A stretch of DNA of 64,000 nt, taken from positions 22,633 to 86,632 of the forward strand of contig CAVIJI010000004.1 in the NCBI GenBank assembly GCA_963642885.1. The letters run 5' to 3'. Below are positions 20,218-29,950 of the stretch, one piece after another. Within the stretch, counting starts at the first letter, position 1, and each line of letters begins with the position of its first letter. A program made the translations under genes and the position numbers. The DNA comes from a bacterium (GTDB taxonomy: Bacteria > Bacillota > Clostridia > Oscillospirales > CAG-272). Under the pieces are notes generated by a model. That model saw nothing but the letters and a program-made list of their open reading frames with translations. It was not told where the DNA came from and ran no database searches.

Positions 20218-21672
20218 TCAGGTTCCTTTTGCGGCCATTTCTTTCAGCACGGAAATACCGATCGGAAGTGAAATGAGAAAAGACAGCAAATCGGCAGCCG
20301 ATTGCGCTAACTGGAGTCCCGATACGGGATTCGAGCAAACCGCGTTTGTCAAAAGCGGAATCAGAAAAACCGCGGGGATAAACGCGATACCCTGTCTTGA
20401 CATTGCCACGATGGTTGCTTTTGCGGTCATGCCGATATTCTGCAGCATCATATTGCACATCGTAACCCATGACATTAGCGGAAAAACAACGAGCTGTGCC
20501 TTGAATGTAACGGCGGCGATTTCTCCCGCGAGTGCGGAACTTCCCGCAATAGCCGCAGTAATCGGTTCGGCGAAGATAAATCCGACACATGCGATAAGCA
20601 CAAGAGCAATCGACGCGACCTTTACACAGAACATATACGCGCGAATTACTCTCTTGTATTTGCCGGCTCCGTAATTAAAACCGCAAACCGGTTGGAAGCC
20701 TTGGCCGAATCCCGTGAGAGCGGAGCTGAGAAACATCATTATTTTGGACACGCCCGTCATTGCCGCCTGTACGGCGTCTATCATCACGTCCTCTTCAACG
20801 AAAATTCCGACTGCGTGGTTAAGACATGCGGATGATACGCTTGCGATACCTTGACGGGCAAGAGAGGGAAGTCCGCCGCGGATTATATTTTTTATGTAGT
20901 AAATCCTCGGAGAAAAGTTTTTCGGATGAATTTTAATATTGTCGCTTCTCATCACACCGACCGATAGAATTATAAAGCCGAGGATTTGGCTTATTGCCGT
21001 GGCAAGAGCCGCTCCTCCGACACCCATTCCCGCTCCGATAGGCATTTTGATTAATCCTCCGAATAATCCGTCGCCTGCGGAATATATTAAGAGCGGGTCA
21101 AGCACAAGATTCACTACGGCACCCGATGTGAGTCCGATCATCGCGAAAAACGCATTGCCTTGCATTCTGAGCTGATTGTTCATAACGATTGCACCGGTCA
21201 TAAACGGTGTGGCATAAAGAATGTACCGCATATATTCTTTGGTGGCATTAATCGTGGCCTCGGTTTTGGCTCCTAAAAGAACGGTGAGCGGGTCGATAAA
21301 TAACAGCCCGAAAATTTCTATAATCAATCCGAATAGGACCGCATAGCAGAAACCGGTCGCAGCCATCGTTTCTGCGTCCTTATAATCCTGCTTGCCGTAT
21401 GCACGTGAAATGTAGTTTCCGGAACCGTGACCGCAGAAAAAGCCGAATGCCTGTATTACCGTCATGAGCGGAAGTACAACCCCGACTGCCGCAACCATGC
21501 TGTCGTTTTCAAGCTGTCGAACGAAAAAAGTATCCGCGAGGTTATAAAAAGACGTGACAAGCATCGAAATTATTGTCGGTATCGCGAGCTTGCCGATGAG
21601 CTTTTCGACAGGCTCCGTAGTCATCTTGATGAATTTTTCGTTATTCTTCGTATGGGTATTGGTTTGATCCAT
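20218..21672 (-). CDS. MATE family efflux transporter
   Basis: 484 aa, about 12 TM. The ATG at 21672 is preceded by AGGAG at 6 nt and overlaps the 3' end of the LysR gene by 32 nt. Confidence 0.85.
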   Translation of the reverse strand: MDQTNTHTKNNEKFIKMTTEPVEKLIGKLAIPTIISMLVTSFYNLADTFFVRQLENDSMVAAVGVVLPLMTVIQAFGFFCGHGSGNYISRAYGKQDYKDAETMAATGFCYAVLFGLIIEIFGLLFIDPLTVLLGAKTEATINATKEYMRYILYATPFMTGAIVMNNQLRMQGNAFFAMIGLTSGAVVNLVLDPLLIYSAGDGLFGGLIKMPIGAGMGVGGAALATAISQILGFIILSVGVMRSDNIKIHPKNFSPRIYYIKNIIRGGLPSLARQGIASVSSACLNHAVGIFVEEDVMIDAVQAAMTGVSKIMMFLSSALTGFGQGFQPVCGFNYGAGKYKRVIRAYMFCVKVASIALVLIACVGFIFAEPITAAIAGSSALAGEIAAVTFKAQLVVFPLMSWVTMCNMMLQNIGMTAKATIVAMSRQGIAFIPAVFLIPLLTNAVCSNPVSGLQLAQSAADLLSFLISLPIGISVLKEMAAKGT

Positions 21673-22558
21673 TTTCCGCTCCTGCCTCGATGTTTCTGTA
21701 ATCCAAATATTTTAAAAATCTCTTTACCGCTACGGTAGAGGTCTTTATGTTCTTGAGTGTAATTGCCAATTTTCTGTATGCGGGCACATCCAAATCCTTA
21801 ATGACGAGCTTGTAGGGAATTCTTCTGAGTATAAGCTCGGGAAGAACCGCTATGCCCATGCCCGATTCGACCATTGACATTATACTGTAATCATCCCAAG
21901 TTGTAAAGTGTATCTTCGGATGAATATCATATGCCTTAAGCAATTGCGATATTTCACTTCGTTCGCTTTTTTCGAGCATAAGAAACGGCTCGTTTTCAAG
22001 CTCGTCGATGGGAAATTTTTCAACTGCGGCAAACGGATGATTTTCGGGCAGAATTACCTTTAATTTATCGTCACCGAGAAAAATCGTATCGAATTCGCTT
22101 CTCGTAGGCAGTATGAGAAAGCCGCAGTCTACTCTTCCGTCCGCAATCCATTCCTCGATTTCTCCGTAGTCTCCCTGTAAAAGTTCATAGTCGATACCCG
22201 GGTAGTCCTTTTGATATTGCTTGATGATGCGCGGTATCCAGTGTGTGGCTATACTGGATATTGTTCCGATACGTATTATTCCCGAGTGGAGACCGTTCAG
22301 TTCGCCGACTTGATTCTCGAGCTTTTCGTATTCAGTACACAGCGATTTTGCGTATGGTAGCAGAAGAGTGCCGTCACCTGTCAGCTTTACACCCGCACGA
22401 CTCCTTTCGAGCAGTGTTAAATTACATTCGCTTTCGAGTTCGTTAATCATACGGCTTATACCGGACTGTGTATAATGGAGCAGTTCGGCTGCTTTTGTAA
22501 AGCTTCCGTATTCCACTGTTTTTACGAAAGCAAGATATTTGATTATATTTTTATCCAA
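21641..22558 (-). CDS. LysR family transcriptional regulator
   Basis: 305 aa with N-terminal wHTH FVKTVEYGSFTKAAELLHYTQSGISRMINELE plus a LysR substrate-binding domain. Confidence 0.9.
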   Translation of the reverse strand: MDKNIIKYLAFVKTVEYGSFTKAAELLHYTQSGISRMINELESECNLTLLERSRAGVKLTGDGTLLLPYAKSLCTEYEKLENQVGELNGLHSGIIRIGTISSIATHWIPRIIKQYQKDYPGIDYELLQGDYGEIEEWIADGRVDCGFLILPTRSEFDTIFLGDDKLKVILPENHPFAAVEKFPIDELENEPFLMLEKSERSEISQLLKAYDIHPKIHFTTWDDYSIMSMVESGMGIAVLPELILRRIPYKLVIKDLDVPAYRKLAITLKNIKTSTVAVKRFLKYLDYRNIEAGAENGSNQYPYEE

Positions 22559-22608
22559 TGTATTTCTCCGTTTAAAATCGTTTCATGACAAATTGTAATC
22601 TAAAGCAT

Positions 22609-22631
22609 GATAAACATTCGCTTTTATTATC
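22609..22631. promoter_or_regulatory. Candidate LysR-type operator (interrupted palindrome) in the divergent intergenic region
   Basis: gATAAAcattcgctTTTATtatc (ATAAA-N8-TTTAT) lies between the divergent LysR and EamA genes. Confidence 0.3.
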
Positions 22632-22687
22632 TCGAATAATATGATATACTATGTATGCTGTTTTGGCAATAGGAGAAATAACAAAAA

Positions 22688-23584
22688 ATGAATAAATCTT
22701 TTATCAAATACTTTGCAGCTCTTTTAATATTCGGAACAAACGGACTTGTAGCCAGCCATATTTCACTGCCGAGTCATGAAATAGTCTTCTGGCGTTCGCT
22801 GATCGGCTCGATTAGCCTTATAGCAATATTCCTCTTGACGGGAAACAAGTTTACGTTTATGAAGCATAAGAAGGATTTTATGTTTCTCGCCTTGTCCGGC
22901 TTGGGAATGGGAATGAGCTGGGCTGCTCTTTATGAAGGTTATGGCAGAATAGGCGTCGGTGTAACAACACTTCTTTACTATGTGGGACCTATATTCGTTA
23001 TGGCCCTCGCACCGTTTATATTCAAGGAAAAGCTTACGGTAAAAAAGATAATGTGCTTTACGGTAGTTATCGCGGGAATGGTTCTCGTTAACGGCAGTGG
23101 CGAAGCACATGACATAATCGGCATTTTATGCGGTATTATGGCAGCGGTCGGATACACTATCATGGTAACAACCGGAAAGTTTTCGGGTGCTATCGAAGGA
23201 TTCGAAAACCCCACACTGCAGGTTGTGTTTGCGTTTATCTTCTGCGCATTTTACCATGTAGCGAAGAGCGGTTTCGCATTTGATATTCAGATTACGGATG
23301 TTCCCGCGACCGTTTTCCTCGGTATATTTAATACGGGTATTGCTTGTTATTGCTATTTTTCCGCACTCGGTAAGCTTAATGTTCAGACAATCGCGATATG
23401 CGGTTATCTGGAACCTCTTTCGGCTGTGATTTTTTCGGCACTCTTCCTCGGAGAGACAATGAACGCCGCTCAGGTAGTCGGTGCGATTTTCATAATCGGC
23501 GGAGCGGTGTGCGCGGAAATTAAGGTTAAACACGGATTCAGCCTTTCGGCACGGAAACTGCAAAAAGCTCAGACAAGAGTTTAA
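22688..23584 (+). CDS. EamA/DMT family transporter
   Basis: 298 aa, 10 hydrophobic helices arranged as two EamA-like halves. Confidence 0.85.
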   Translation: MNKSFIKYFAALLIFGTNGLVASHISLPSHEIVFWRSLIGSISLIAIFLLTGNKFTFMKHKKDFMFLALSGLGMGMSWAALYEGYGRIGVGVTTLLYYVGPIFVMALAPFIFKEKLTVKKIMCFTVVIAGMVLVNGSGEAHDIIGILCGIMAAVGYTIMVTTGKFSGAIEGFENPTLQVVFAFIFCAFYHVAKSGFAFDIQITDVPATVFLGIFNTGIACYCYFSALGKLNVQTIAICGYLEPLSAVIFSALFLGETMNAAQVVGAIFIIGGAVCAEIKVKHGFSLSARKLQKAQTRV

Positions 23585-23602
23585 TTAATTTTAAATTACA
23601 TC

Positions 23603-23631
23603 TTGCAAAACACTTTGATGTGTGGTATAAT
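23603..23631 (+). promoter_or_regulatory. Sigma-70-type promoter for the tRNA-Leu gene
   Basis: TTGCAA-17 nt-TATAAT, about 30 nt upstream of the tRNA 5' end. Confidence 0.55.
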
Positions 23632-23659
23632 TACATCGTTGTCGGGGAAATCCGACTAT

Positions 23660-23743
23660 GCCGGTGTGATGGAATTGGCAGACGTGCTGGACTCAAAATC
23701 CAGTGGTAGCGATACCGTACCGGTTCGACCCCGGTCACCGGCA
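23660..23743 (+). tRNA. tRNA-Leu (anticodon CAA)
   Basis: Hand-folded cloverleaf: acceptor GCCGGTG/CACCGGC, anticodon stem CTGGA/TCCAG with loop CTCAAAA, long variable arm GGTA-GCGA-TACC, T arm ACCGG-TTCGACC-CCGGT, discriminator A. CCA is not encoded. Confidence 0.93.
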
Positions 23744-23756
23744 TGATGATTTAAAG

Positions 23757-23796
23757 AAAATGCTGTGTCATCGATATGATTGACACAGCATTTTTT
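23757..23796. terminator. Bidirectional terminator (tRNA-Leu / GH51 gene)
   Basis: aaaatgctgtgtca-tcgatatgat-tgacacagcatttttt. Confidence 0.75.
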
Positions 23797-23818
23797 CATG
23801 TAATTTAAAGACCGCAAA

Positions 23819-25321
23819 TCAGCCTATTTCGAGAATATTAACCGAGTGAGGCGGCAATGTCAGTTCAACGGAATTTTCATCTGCCATGTTAATAGCGGAA
23901 TCATTTTCGTAGGGAATTACGTAATTTCGATCTATATCATTGTAATCGTCGGCGGTGCGGCCGGTCAGACTTATGAGGTGCACAGGCTGATTGTGTATCG
24001 GCACTTTCAGAGATACCGGTTGCGCCAGCTCATGGTGCTTGTTTATCAGTGATAACGCAAGCTTTCCGGTAATGCTGTCTCGAGTCGCGACAATATCAAT
24101 TGTTTCTACATTTACAGGGTATCCCGATTTATTTGTAATTCGGTAAATGGGGTTGTCGGTAACGTATAAATCTATGACCTCATCGTACATGTGATTGACA
24201 TACATATCGAATACATGATACGTACTGCGTAAAACTATGCCTTTGTCATATGTAAATATTCCTCCGCGTGTGTTAATCATCGGTGCGAAGTTTGCCATTC
24301 CGACAATGTCCGCGTTTCGGAGCAGCATATTTAAAAAGCATGCCGAAAATACCGCATCGGACATTGTGTATGTTTGGTTTATATCGTTTCTGTCACGAGG
24401 ATAAATGTACTCTTCTTTTGTAACACCCGGTCGGATGGTGTGTGCATTCGGATGATGCCATCCGCGCAGATTCCATTCGTCATATGCGATTCGAATACGT
24501 TTTTCCAAACCGAAAGCGGTCAGCAAGCCGCGTACCCGACGCACTGAGCTGTCTAAAGAGTCGGTGTAAGCCATGCATTGCTCATAATTTGCGGGATTAT
24601 CATCCTGCCATAAACCGTCCCAATAACCGTGAATCGATATCCAATCCAGACGATTACCGGCTTTTTCGAGAAGATGTGTATTCCATTCGATGTCAGATAG
24701 TGCTGCAGCACTAAGCTGACATGTCGGATCGACATGCCTCATCATTTTTGTCGATTCCAATACGAATCTGCCCCATTCGGAGGCGGCTTTTGCTCCGATT
24801 TCCCAGTCCCCGTAATTTTCGTTTCCGACAGACCAGTATTTGACATTATACGGCTCACGATGACCGTTTGCGATTCTTCGCTTTGCGTATTCGCCTTGAT
24901 CGTCGAGATTGCAGTATTCCATCCAGTTGCTCATTTCTTCCTCGGTGCCCGAGCCCGCGTTGGTGCAGATATAAGGCTCACAGCCTAACTTTTTGCACAG
25001 TAAAACGAATTCATCCGTGCCGAATGAGTTGTCGTCCTCTACACGCCATGCTTTGTCGAAGGATGGTACTCTTTTACCTACGCCTTTTTCCCAGTGATAT
25101 GACGAAACGTAGCATCCACCGGGCCATCTGATTATCGGAGTACGGATTTTCTTTAATGCATCGAGCACGTCGGTTCTGAATCCGTCTTCATCCGATAGTG
25201 GGTGACCCGGCATAAAGATACCCCCGTATACCTGACGGTGAAAATGTTCCAGAAAGTGGCCGTAAATCATATTATTACGACTGAAAAGTATTCGCTCAGG
25301 GGTTGCCGTTGCATGTAGCAT
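23819..25321 (-). CDS. Alpha-L-arabinofuranosidase, GH51
   Basis: Acid/base VGNENYGDWE and nucleophile IAYDEWN. The start is placed at ATG 25321 (MLHATAT), 8 nt after AGGAGG; the track ORF extends to 25396. Confidence 0.9.
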   Translation of the reverse strand: MLHATATPERILFSRNNMIYGHFLEHFHRQVYGGIFMPGHPLSDEDGFRTDVLDALKKIRTPIIRWPGGCYVSSYHWEKGVGKRVPSFDKAWRVEDDNSFGTDEFVLLCKKLGCEPYICTNAGSGTEEEMSNWMEYCNLDDQGEYAKRRIANGHREPYNVKYWSVGNENYGDWEIGAKAASEWGRFVLESTKMMRHVDPTCQLSAAALSDIEWNTHLLEKAGNRLDWISIHGYWDGLWQDDNPANYEQCMAYTDSLDSSVRRVRGLLTAFGLEKRIRIAYDEWNLRGWHHPNAHTIRPGVTKEEYIYPRDRNDINQTYTMSDAVFSACFLNMLLRNADIVGMANFAPMINTRGGIFTYDKGIVLRSTYHVFDMYVNHMYDEVIDLYVTDNPIYRITNKSGYPVNVETIDIVATRDSITGKLALSLINKHHELAQPVSLKVPIHNQPVHLISLTGRTADDYNDIDRNYVIPYENDSAINMADENSVELTLPPHSVNILEIG

Positions 25322-25441
25322 GTGTTGTGCCTCCTTTATATTTAAAATTATGCGGTATCTTTTGACAATTATATATGAATCGACTATTTGTGTCAAGTAA
25401 GATATTGTTTGTTGCCGATATACATTCGTGATTGATACGAG

Positions 25442-25468
25442 AAAAGCCGCCGTTAATCGGCGGCTTTT
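25442..25468 (-). terminator. Terminator after the secreted-protein gene
   Basis: aaaagccgccg-ttaat-cggcggctttt. Confidence 0.7.
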
Positions 25469-25529
25469 CCGTTACAGCCGAATTATGCGCACGGTGCTGT
25501 AACTGTAATTGAAAATGTTTTAATTAAAT

Positions 25530-26669
25530 TCAGCGGCGTTTGCGTAAAAGCAGAGCGGCGGCGGAAGAAATAATAAGGCAGAAAGGTGTAAAGTCAGAGG
25601 TCTGAGGAGCTGTTGTTACAACATCGTCTATTTTGGATGTATCTTCGGCAACGATTTCAACCGTTTCCTCTATAACTTCGGCTTCCGCTGTGACTTCCGG
25701 TTCTGCTGCGACTTCTTCCGTTTCGGCAACCGTTTCAGTCACTGCCGTAGGAGCTGTTGCTGCCGTATCAGCCGAAAGAATGTAGCGGTTGAAGTGTGCC
25801 CAACCGGGGCAGTCGAATCCTCTTGACCAGTCGTAAGGATCACCGTTTGCGTCAACTAAACCGTTACCGTCAAGGAATATCTGACCTATCTGAATAACAG
25901 CACCTGCTTCGGCGGTGAAGTCCACAATCTTGGAATCCGTATTGCCGTAGCAAAGACAGCCCCACGGGAGGAATACTTCCATTGAATACGGATATGCGCC
26001 GTTTTCATTGGCAATAGACGAACGCCATGTTGCCATTTCTATATCGAAGTCTGCGGGGACGGCTCCGCCTGCATAGTAGGTGGTTTCATCGTCATTCCAG
26101 AAGGGTTCGTCTGTTGTCGTCTCTACCCAGAATTCGAACCATTCGTAATCGGTGATTTCGTCATCCGCAGGTCTGATCATAGGAGTGAAACTGTCGACAC
26201 GACGAGTCTGACCGTCTGTTGATTCGCTGCTTACACCGTAAAATGCGGGGTTGAATGCACAGGGGGTCTTGTCTGTGTTGCATACAAGTGCGAAATAAAG
26301 TCCGTTGTCATCCCAGAGATAGTATACATCCCAGCGATTTTTCTGATCAACGGGGATATCTTCATATACGTCAACGATTGTCGAATAGCTGTTTCCCCAA
26401 ACGGAAGCATCCCAAAGACCGCCTTTGTCTGCGCTCTCTTCGTTTGTCAGGTCAACCGAGGAACATACCGCGCCGTACCACTCACCATCCAAATCGACAA
26501 TTCCGTCGAATTTTATGCGTGGGTTAGCAGAGTTGATTTTGGGAACGGTGAAGTCGATAACATCTTCCGCGTCAACGCCTGTGAAATGCGCGGATACATT
26601 GAGTGCGATTGTGCTCATCAGCACAGCTGCGACCATAATCCATACAAGGAACTTTTTCATGGTTTTCAT
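25530..26669 (-). CDS. Secreted carbohydrate-binding-like protein (CBM9/DOMON-like) with C-terminal sorting-signal-like anchor
   Basis: 379 aa with signal peptide MKTMKKFLVWIMVAAVLMSTIALNVSA, a T/E/A-rich linker and the tail APQTSDFTPFCLIISSAAALLLRKRR. The domain call is weak. Confidence 0.5.
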   Translation of the reverse strand: MKTMKKFLVWIMVAAVLMSTIALNVSAHFTGVDAEDVIDFTVPKINSANPRIKFDGIVDLDGEWYGAVCSSVDLTNEESADKGGLWDASVWGNSYSTIVDVYEDIPVDQKNRWDVYYLWDDNGLYFALVCNTDKTPCAFNPAFYGVSSESTDGQTRRVDSFTPMIRPADDEITDYEWFEFWVETTTDEPFWNDDETTYYAGGAVPADFDIEMATWRSSIANENGAYPYSMEVFLPWGCLCYGNTDSKIVDFTAEAGAVIQIGQIFLDGNGLVDANGDPYDWSRGFDCPGWAHFNRYILSADTAATAPTAVTETVAETEEVAAEPEVTAEAEVIEETVEIVAEDTSKIDDVVTTAPQTSDFTPFCLIISSAAALLLRKRR

Positions 26670-26747
26670 CTCCTTTTGAAATTATTTACAGATTCCGTTT
26701 TATAATGTGTTCATTGTACAAAACGCGAAACAAATTCTGTCAAAATC

Positions 26748-26776
26748 ATTATAACACGTGGAATAGAAAGATGCAA
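26748..26776 (-). promoter_or_regulatory. Promoter for the secreted-protein gene
   Basis: Minus strand reads TTGCAT-17 nt-TATAAT. Confidence 0.5.
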
Positions 26777-26882
26777 TATGGCCGAAACAATTAAAAATGT
26801 AAATAATAAGTGAACAAAAACCACTACAAAAGTAACTATTATGAAAAATATTTGATGGATACGGGTTGAAATAAGCGGAGAA

Positions 26883-27893
26883 TTATTCCGCAAGAAGCTT
26901 TTTCATTACGGGCCAAGCATCGTCGGCGTAGAAGCGATGCTCGCCGTTTCCGACAACAAGCTTGCAGTTATTCGGTACTCCCGCATATTGATAGCATTTT
27001 TCGATAATTTCATAAGTTTTCCGTACTCCGTTAATGGGGAAAATCGGGTCATCCTTACCGCAAACAACAACGAGCTTTCGCGGAGCTATCATGACAGCCA
27101 AATCTCCCATGTCGAAATAACGTATAATTCCCGGAACATAGTTGCATATACAATGATGAATCGAAATAATCGAATCGAAATATGTACATACGGCGCAGGA
27201 CGGCATATAAGCGCTGAATCTCGGTTCGAGGCATGCCGTGTAGTAAGTAGCGGTACCGCCGCCCGAGTTTCCCAGACAGACCGAACCGTCGAGAGTTAAA
27301 ATATCCGAGAAGTGCTTTTCCACGGCGTCAAGTACGCGGCTTGTATCCCATACACGTTCGGCAATAGTGCATCTTCCGAGAAGAAGAGCGGTAGAAGAAG
27401 GCCTGAGGCAGGCGGGGCCGTTTTCGGTTCCGCCGCACTGACCGAAACAACGCTGTTCGATTGCAAGCGCACCGAAGCCCTCCTTAACGGCGCGTACGGC
27501 AAAAGCACTGTCATGTCCGTGAATAAACTCATCGTCATTATTGTATTTCGCAATGCCGAGAGATATGTGTGCTCCCGTGGTATGACCTTGCAGACATACG
27601 CATAAAGGAAGCGGTGCGGTTTGTTCCGCGGGAACGAGAATATCGCAGTGTGTGAAATATCCCTCTTCCGTTTGCAGAGTAAAATGAATGTGTCTGATAC
27701 CGTTGTCGGTGGTGTCCTCGGTTATGTTGAAGAGAGGATCACACAGGCTGAATGTGTCCATTCCGAGAAGCTCGGAGAGCTTTTCAAGACATTTTTCACG
27801 GTGTTCGTTTAAATCTGTTTTGCCGTCATAGCGGTATTTTGGCGTAATCGAAGCCGATTGCCGTATGTGCAGTTCTGTAGGATCGAAGTTCAT
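26883..27893 (-). CDS. Alpha/beta hydrolase (esterase, possibly carbohydrate esterase)
   Basis: 336 aa with nucleophile elbow GNSGGG and a C-terminal GNGEHRF His region. Confidence 0.6.
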   Translation of the reverse strand: MNFDPTELHIRQSASITPKYRYDGKTDLNEHREKCLEKLSELLGMDTFSLCDPLFNITEDTTDNGIRHIHFTLQTEEGYFTHCDILVPAEQTAPLPLCVCLQGHTTGAHISLGIAKYNNDDEFIHGHDSAFAVRAVKEGFGALAIEQRCFGQCGGTENGPACLRPSSTALLLGRCTIAERVWDTSRVLDAVEKHFSDILTLDGSVCLGNSGGGTATYYTACLEPRFSAYMPSCAVCTYFDSIISIHHCICNYVPGIIRYFDMGDLAVMIAPRKLVVVCGKDDPIFPINGVRKTYEIIEKCYQYAGVPNNCKLVVGNGEHRFYADDAWPVMKKLLAE

Positions 27894-28087
27894 AAGCTGC
27901 TCCTTTATAATTTTTTATTGAGTATAGCAAATAATCGCAAGGATTACAAGTACTTATAGTAATAAATTGACAAAAAACAGCACACGGACAGAAGAAAAAT
28001 TTAAGCTATACAAAACCCTCTCGAACCATATATCGATGATTCGGGAGGGCTTGAAACAATACGGTATAAAAACTATTTTGCCACAGT

Positions 28088-28747
28088 TCAGTTTTCGAAT
28101 GTGGATGCGATAAACTTAGCAAGCATAGGATTACGGCTTGTGATATTGAGCGGTTTGAAGGCCGCAACGTGCCAAAGCTCTTCAGCGGATGTAGGTGTCC
28201 ATGCGGAAACGCCGATTCCGTTTTCGGCACAGCATGCCATGAATTCGGGCGTGCAAATACTGAAATGAACGTTTATGATAGAGCATCCTGTTTCAGCGCA
28301 GAGTTTAACGGCACGAAGGGAAGCGTCGAGTCTTTCCTGACCCTTTAAGTCGTATACATCGTGAACCAAAGCCTCAATGTTGAGATAGATCTGTTCGGGA
28401 CGAACAGGAGACGGCCACTCGCCTGCCTTGTGTGGAGTAACGGCACCTGAGAAGAGTATTCTGTCTGAGCTGATGCCCGCTGCCTCGGCGGTTGCGAGAA
28501 CAGGTTCTTCAAGGTTGAATTCCTTAACATCGCAGTTAACGCACAGTGTGCTGGGGGCGATGATGGCAAATGCATCCGCAAGAGAAACACCGTCATCTGC
28601 TTCGTCGTGGGTAAGAATAAGCTTGCCTGTTCTCGAACGTCTTATGTCGATTTCCAATGTGTCGACAGGAAGACGAACCGCGTGCTTTACGAATTCGAGA
28701 CTGTTCTGGGGAGTTTCGTCACAACCGGAATGAGCTGTTATTTTCAT
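28088..28747 (-). CDS. Glycerophosphodiester phosphodiesterase family protein
   Basis: 219 aa with HSGCDETPQNSLEF, LEIDIR and LTHDE motifs. Confidence 0.8.
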   Translation of the reverse strand: MKITAHSGCDETPQNSLEFVKHAVRLPVDTLEIDIRRSRTGKLILTHDEADDGVSLADAFAIIAPSTLCVNCDVKEFNLEEPVLATAEAAGISSDRILFSGAVTPHKAGEWPSPVRPEQIYLNIEALVHDVYDLKGQERLDASLRAVKLCAETGCSIINVHFSICTPEFMACCAENGIGVSAWTPTSAEELWHVAAFKPLNITSRNPMLAKFIASTFEN

Positions 28748-28855
28748 GATTAATACCTCTTAATTTTTTTTATTTTTTTATTATGATGGATAAACCGAAA
28801 TAATTGAGACATGAGGAGTAGAACCGTGTGGGAGTTTTACCTACAGTCGAAGCCT

Positions 28856-29737
28856 TTATTTGTAGAATTCGTTTATATAATCGAGTACATCACCGCGGGA
28901 ACCGCTGAACGGGCCGGGAGTTTCCATTTTAAGCGAAACAAGAGCCGTGCAGTAGAGCAGGGAATATTCGATATCGGCATGCTGTCTTTCGGTTATGTAG
29001 CCCGCAAAGGTGGTATCACCTCTGCCGGTACGTCCCGAGAGGTTTCTTGCTTTAATGGGGCAGGTGTAAATGCGCTTGCCGTCATAAGCCAAAACTTCGG
29101 TATTGTGAGTAATTAAAACTTCCTTCGCACCCCAACTGTAGAGAAGCTTTGCGGCTTCCGCACGGTCGGTCAATCCGGTAAGGATTTCCGCTTCCGCGGC
29201 ATCCGTCTTAAGATAATCAATGTAAGGAAGATATTTCATTTTTTCAGACCAATCATGGAAGGCCATCGTTTTATCATCTTCAACATGACGAAGCAGGCAC
29301 TGAACATCCACCGCTACCTTGCCGTGTTTGGATGCTTCTTCGAATAAAGCACCGTCAAAGTCACCGTAAACAAGTCCGGCAAAGTGGTAAATGGCGGTAT
29401 TTACATCGGGAAGCTCATCGAATGTGAATGGGTCGCATACTCCCATTGATGTACAGCTGCGTTTTTCTTTATCCGCGGTAAAATACTGATTGCGTATTGA
29501 GCATGTTGCCTCTGAAGGTTTCCAATAAACATCGGCTCCGCTGTCCTTAAAGCGCTGATCAATATCGGCATCCTTCGGATTTAATTTAGTGAAGAGTGCC
29601 GTCTTGGCTCCGCTGTGTGCGGCGGCAAAACCCGATGCCACAACAGCGCCTCCCACTTCCTTGCGGACATTGCCCAGGTAATCAATATTTTCGTCCAATG
29701 ATACAGGTCCGATTACGAGAACATCGTACTGTTTCAT
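28856..29737 (-). CDS. PfkB family carbohydrate kinase
   Basis: 293 aa, ribokinase-like fold pattern, C-terminal GRTGRGDTFAG motif. Confidence 0.8.
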   Translation of the reverse strand: MKQYDVLVIGPVSLDENIDYLGNVRKEVGGAVVASGFAAAHSGAKTALFTKLNPKDADIDQRFKDSGADVYWKPSEATCSIRNQYFTADKEKRSCTSMGVCDPFTFDELPDVNTAIYHFAGLVYGDFDGALFEEASKHGKVAVDVQCLLRHVEDDKTMAFHDWSEKMKYLPYIDYLKTDAAEAEILTGLTDRAEAAKLLYSWGAKEVLITHNTEVLAYDGKRIYTCPIKARNLSGRTGRGDTTFAGYITERQHADIEYSLLYCTALVSLKMETPGPFSGSRGDVLDYINEFYK

Positions 29738-29875
29738 AACAAAATCTCCTTTTTATAGCATGTAACATATTATACCGCTATAAAAGGTAAATGTCAAGAA
29801 AACCGCGATTAAGAAATATTTTATGATGAAAAGCCAATGACGGTGTTATTCGGTAATCGGGTGAAAACATGCTTA

Positions 29876-29904
29876 TTGACAAACGTAATTTTTTCGGATA
29901 TAAT
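29876..29904 (+). promoter_or_regulatory. Consensus sigma-70 promoter for the MFS gene
   Basis: TTGACA-17 nt-TATAAT, an exact match. Confidence 0.6.
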
Positions 29905-29950
29905 TTCAGACAATGCGAATTCTAATTCTATGCGGCTGTAAAGGAGAAAT

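Noticed and set aside
23585-25400. tRNA-Leu as an integration site for a genomic island.
   Set aside because: No integrase, no direct repeat of the tRNA 3' end and no phage or ICE genes were found downstream. The neighbouring GH51 gene looks like ordinary accessory metabolism.
26711-26893. 60-aa hydrophobic ORF between the esterase and secreted-protein genes.
   Set aside because: It starts with TTG inside the esterase 3' end and contains the TTGCAT-17-TATAAT promoter of the downstream gene. It is best explained as promoter DNA.
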